Shown here: one piece after another, positions 58,730 to 64,000 of the stretch | Numbering within the stretch: position 1 is the stretch's first letter | Layout: each line of letters opens with the position of its first letter | Source: Bugula neritina | Lineage: Eukaryota; Animalia; Bryozoa | Assembly (NCBI GenBank): GCA_964035545.1 | Contig: OZ037767.1 | Coordinates: 14,369,801-14,433,800, forward strand | Reading direction: 5' to 3' | DNA: 64,000 nucleotides | Translations under genes and position numbers: made by a program | The notes under the pieces: model-generated | Database searches by the model: none | Told to the model about the DNA's origin: nothing | The model's input: only the letters and a program-made list of their open reading frames with translations

Positions 58730-59070
58730 TTTTACCATTGGTTTCCGGTAAATCTTGAAACATATTATAAAAGGCAAATAAAAAATAATTTTGTGACAAA
58801 AACTAATTAAAAAATATGAAATAAAAAAAATTCTTTTATTAAAAAATAATGACTGATAGTTTCTTATTTAAAAGTGTTCTGTTTCAGTTTTCAGTTTCCG
58901 GAGGTGTGTTCTATAATTTGTACCTAGCAATACTGTCAACAACCTGCTCAACCATGACCACGTTTGTACGAAAATCAAAATGAACATTATTTTTCAAGCT
59001 CTAGAACTTGTACGTTCATATAATTACACCCAGCTAAGTTGGGCTGGAAAATATTTTTTGAAATTATTGT
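58730..59070. promoter_or_regulatory. Probable bidirectional promoter, PSMC4 / TTLL11
   Basis: Lies between divergent starts 58719 and 59521; ETS-like TTTCCGG twice, partial X-box GTACCTAGCAAT near 58920, donor-like GTAAGT near 59069. Confidence 0.45.
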
Positions 59071-59520
59071 AAGTTTTTACAATTGCAAAATTTGAAAAAG
59101 TAAATTCTTAAAATGTAAAATTTTAAACCTAAACTAATAGTAATATTAATAAAAATAATATTCTAATCTAATGTCACCATTACTATTAGTATTACTTTAG
59201 TATAAGTATTGCTATTATGATTAGACTGTAAATTACTTACTGGTGTAATTACAAAAATAATTCAGTCTAGTACCTTGATTTTTGGACAGCACTAATGAGG
59301 TTACTGTTTCAGTGTCAGTTAAATCTAAGGTTGACAGATTTACAATAAATATCGTTTTTTTCATTGTATTTATTGAACGTAAATTTAGTTTTTAATTTTA
59401 GAAATACATTTGTTGATGTCTTGCAGGCTATAGAAAAACTACTCAAAATCTTAATTATTGAAACAGTTTTACATATTCACACGCATGTTTTATTAAATAC
59501 TTATTATAGAAGATGTCAGA

Positions 59521-62500
59521 ATGAGTCATCCATTTCCAATCACCGCCAAGAATTCACAGCCAGTGCCATCATTCCTTGAAAGGTCACGGCTTCCCATAGA
59601 GGAGATTCGCAAGGACCCATTTAAGCTGACTCGACAGAGATCTAGACTGAAACCAGCCAAACAAGAAGAACGTATAAATTCTGCAACTCAAGTTTCAGTT
59701 GACGTCACCAGGTGTCGAAATATTAGCAGAAGCTTACGAAAGATTGCTGAGGAGTTGGGATTCAAAGTATGGTCAACTCCAAGAACACTTGGAATATGTG
59801 ACATTTACTGGCAATCGCATCAAATAGAAAACTTTCACTTCTTTTATAAAGGTGGTTCCATTAACAAGTTTCCTCAAATGAGCGACATTTTACGAAAGAT
59901 AAATCTGACAAGAGCTTTGTATAACCTCCAGTCACTTTTTCCTGGCGAATATGACTATTATCCGAAAACTTGGTTTCTTCCGCAACAGTTCCACGAATTT
60001 TGTGCTGATGCTGCTTATGAAAAGCGAATAAATAAAGAAGAGAAGAAGAACAAAAAATCTCCTGTGTATATAGTTAAACCCGATGCCGGCACTCAGGGTG
60101 AAGGAATTTACTTGATCAAAGATCCCCACGATTATGTCATACCCAAGTCACACGTCACTCACGCAGTCCAAGAGTACATCAGTAACCCATTTCTATTGGA
60201 AAAAACTAAATTTGACCTTCGAGTTTATGTAGTCATTCTTAGCATAAATCCTATCAATATTTTCATCAGTAAGGACGGGTTGGCAAGATTTTGCACTGTC
60301 CCGTACAAACAGCCAACTAACAAGAACCTAAGTGACTCGTATATGCACCTAACTAACTATAGTCTGAATAAGTTTAGTGACACCTATATACACACAGATA
60401 AGCTGAATGACGGATCTAAACGAACCATAACCAGTGTTCTAGATCAACTTGCTAAACTTGGTAAGTATTTTTCGTTAATTTGTAGAATTTTAGATATCAG
60501 TGCCACCTTCATATCTCAGTACCTCAATTCATGACATAGTAAAATATCATATTTAACTCATTTATTTGTTAGATTTGGCCATTTTGTCCTTATACACATA
60601 TACATAAGCCACAAAATGGGGGTCCAAGCCCTTCTCGAGAACTATAGAACTTCGTCAAAAATAGAACAGTGAGATATGGAGGGGGGCACTGTATTTTCAT
60701 TGTTCTGTACCTGTACTTGCAATTGCCAATAATAATCATTTCTTCTGTATGATCTACTATTATATTAATTTTCTTCTTGCTTATTTAAGGGCTTAAAATG
60801 CAGGTAAGATATTTTGCATGCGGACTATCATCATTCATCACCTGTTCATTTTGCTTCTGACACTAAATTTTAGGAACTTATCATTTACTGAATTTTTGTT
60901 GCTTCCTAGACTTGACTTCTTGTAGCGCCAAAAACTAAAAGTTCACGACAACCTAAACCAGAAACCTTACTTTTAAACTGCTGAATGTATTTGACACAAT
61001 TTTATCAAACAGTCTACCCTATTCTCAGTTGGCTGAGCAACGTAACATAATTTAAACATTATATGTACTGTTTAAGTAATTACTAGCTTAAAATCAATCA
61101 TCATATCGACTTGCTGTGTACACACAGGTTGGAGAAAGTTTGTCATATTTCTCCGTCTCTTGGGGGTTAATTATGCAATCTAGGTGAAGTATTTAAGGTA
61201 ATGCAATCAGTAATCATATTGATAAAACGAGTCACTTTTCCTACCAGCTTATGTAGTTAGTTGAACAACTGGAGAAAAGAAACTCAATAAAATCGCCGGT
61301 GATAAGTTATATTTAGGAGATCAGCAAGAAGTTGTTTTTGGAATATATTTGCTTCACCAAGATTTGACTTGATGAATATATGACTTGGGTTTTACGTATG
61401 TGTGACTTAAGACATTTGGTTATTAAAATACAGACACTTGTAGTAAGCTTCTAAATATGCTGCTTTAGCATTGTTCTTAAATTGATGACTTTAGACTCCA
61501 GTCTGTACTCAGTCACAGCTATTCATAGATATAATGGTTTAAAATAGCATTAGCAAAATATGCAGTCAACATAAAGGCACAATTGAGTTGAACTATATAA
61601 TGCATAATTTAAAACTGCACATTGCTTATTTTCATTGTGCTGCCTCATTAGTTAGAACAATGTGTACTCAAGGACCTCTGTAATAACTATCAGGAGTTGT
61701 GCTTTTAGCCAGGAATTGAACACTGCACTTTTTTACATATAAATTACACCAAGTTGTACGCTGCTACTGAAAGTTTGTGTTATCAAAGAAATTTACATGT
61801 ATTATGTTTTTTATCATTAGTTCTTACAAGATAGATACTTCCAAGTTAATTACATCATTACCTACCTTCCAGCTATACCTAGGGAGTCAGTAAATTAATT
61901 GTAGCGTTAGTACCGCAAGTTGTTTGAATTTCTAAATAATCAATAGTAATGAATACATTTATATGCTTTACTTTCCTTCTACTATCTCACCCTGCTATCC
62001 TTATAATTCTATTATATGAATGCTGGCTGTCACCAATTTTATTTTATTAGTCTTTATTATTTCCAAACAAGTAGAGTGTTTTCATTCCCCTCATTTTATG
62101 ACTCGTTCTGTATTTTTTGAACTGCTCCAATGAAAGTTTCGTCCTTTTGCTAATTAAACTCTGTAAAATAATTGTTACCACCGGGAATCGAACCCGAGTC
62201 CTCTGGCTTGTAAGCAAGTGTGCTACCATTACACCACGGAGGCCACTGGGTAAACTCTACACTACAAACTTTGCTTTTATTCCATGCAGGTCACAATACA
62301 GAGGAGTTGTGGACCAACATAGAGAAGGTTATTGTAAAAACGATGTTAGCCGGCATGCCAGAGCTACAAATTGCGTATAACTTGACCATCAAGTCCAACA
62401 ATAAAGTCAAATGTTTCCACATACTCGGTAATTACATCCTTGCCCAGTTTCCCTCTCATTCATAAATAGGTTTCAAGTTTTTGTATTTCTCTAGTCCAAC

Positions 62501-63574
62501 TGTGATTGAAGTAAGTTAAACTGAAAAGTTTGTTATAAAATAAACCATAATGCAAATATAAAAAGAAATTCTATCAATGAAGAAGTTTGAAGTGTTTGTG
62601 GTTATATTATTTAAAAGTATAAATTTGCAGTCTTTTTGTGTAATTTTAAAGCTTCCCTTACTATAAATTGTACATATTGGTTGTCGTACTACCTGTATGG
62701 TGAAGTTTGTTTAGCTTTATCAAGTGTTACCTGCCATATGTCACCTGTAAAGGTAGGTGTAGCAATAAAGAAAGTGGGAAAAAGCCTGTGTTCTAGATAA
62801 AAAATGTTACAAAGGAAGTGGTGTTCAAGCCGCGCTCCAAACCAAAATTTGTAAAACTGTTGAAACTTAGCCTATTGGAGTTTCTCAACTAAAATGGAGA
62901 ATCTCCTATTTGCTCATTTACTTTAATTAACTTTTTTGGCAATTACATCTTTGTTACTATTGAGATTACCTGGTGACAATCTCCTGGCGTTGCCTAGCAA
63001 CAACTGCTGACTCTGTTCTATTTGTATACACAGCATTTAGTTGTTTGTGTTGCAGCAGCAGTGGCAGCAACTAGATAACATGATAGGCATATAATGAGAA
63101 ATGCTATCTATCAAAGTGTAAAGTATGAATGAGTTGAATACCAATAAAGTAATACGCTTAGCTACATCTTTTACAAGGTTTTAGCCATGTGCTATTGGTT
63201 TGAAAATAAATGTTTTAAAAATAGTTTTTGTTTAAAGTTTTTGGCTAAACACTGGCAATATTAGGTGTAAGGCGCATATTTGTATGTATACTATATAATA
63301 TATTGGTATATATGTGTATATATGATATATTAGTAGCCTATATATGTCTATACTATGTAATCTATTATCATGATATCTCACAGGTGTTGACATCATTCTA
63401 ACGGATGAATTAAAGCCGATACTCTTAGAAATCAATGCCAACCCCAGCTTATCTATGACATTTGAAAAGGAAGTTAGCTCGGGGTTGTATGAAGAAATCC
63501 CAAGTTACGTCGACAAGTATGTTAAACAGCCCGTCATTCGGGAGACGATGCTGCTAGCCGCGCCCAGACACAAG
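59521..63574 (+). CDS. TTLL11: Tubulin polyglutamylase TTLL11-like, first three coding exons (59521-60460, 62290-62427, 63384-63574); continues beyond
   Basis: INKFPQM..YPKTWFLP..YIVKPDAGTQGEGIYL..VQEYI..KFDLRVYV..GLARFCT..YMHLTNYSLNK..GSKR..CFHILGVDI..LLEINANPSL..GLYEEIPSYVD, the last part being TTLL11-like. Confidence 0.85.
62165..62266 (-). mobile_element. tRNA-like dispersed repeat, family B (best-preserved copy, Val-TAC-like)
   Basis: GCCTCCGTGGTGTAATGGTAGCACACTTGCTTACAAGCCAGAGGACTCGGGTTCGATTCCCGGTGGTAAC; A and B boxes intact, acceptor and anticodon arms imperfect. Confidence 0.65.
62989..63001. promoter_or_regulatory. RFX X-box consensus site in TTLL11 intron 2
   Basis: GTTGCCTAGCAAC matches GTNRCC-N0-3-RGYAAC; host is a cilia-associated gene. 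Confidence 0.5.
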
Positions 63575-64000
63575 GTATGCGGCAGCAGTTTGAGTTTGTG
63601 GCTTCTGATTGGTTAAAAAGTATTGCTTATGTAATGTTAGTCATTCAACTCTAATCTGCAATAAATAAATGCAAGTTTATTAGATATTAAAGAATTTTCC
63701 TATTATGCTTGATATTCATTATTATTTTGACAGAATTTTTTTATCACGTACAACTTTTCGGGCAGCTATTCGTCATGTAGTTTCAGCATCGTAGAAATAT
63801 TGCTGTTAAAAAACAATTTAAAAGAAAAAACATATCTGCAGCTAACATACTCATTTTATTACTGTGTTTAATACAGGCTCACATACTTTTCCCGCATTAG
63901 CCACCGATTTGTTTGCAAAAGAAATAAATTGTGTAATACGTATATTGGCGTTCTTTGATCCCTTAATTACTGCTTTCAGCATATGTTTGTCCATGTGTTG

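Noticed and set aside
62176-62246. Possible functional tRNA-Val gene
   Set aside because: Acceptor stem and anticodon arm pair poorly, and diverged copies have different anticodon-position triplets; treated as a repeat.

Overview
AT-rich, intron-rich metazoan (invertebrate-type) genomic DNA; the species cannot be determined from the sequence. I assembled exon chains by hand from GT/AG sites and reading frame. Six recognisable genes lie in three head-to-head pairs: TRIM9/67-like (-, first coding exon only) with cyclin H (+, 10 exons); hnRNP L (-, 13 exons) with CEP128-like (+, 23 exons); PSMC4/Rpt3 (-, 9 exons) with TTLL11-like (+, runs off the window). Two spliced orphan ORFs lie between them. 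Introns carry a LINE 3' remnant, two tRNA-derived short repeat families, nested MITEs and many minisatellites. Most unusual observations: (1) a perfect 190-bp spacerless palindrome holding a complete minimal hammerhead ribozyme on each strand, inside a (TA)n tract in a CEP128 intron; (2) degenerate 6-bp-periodic tracts in the promoter-proximal introns of all three divergent pairs, oriented with transcription; (3) minisatellites that duplicate real splice junctions in three genes; (4) a candidate poison exon in hnRNP L intron 6.
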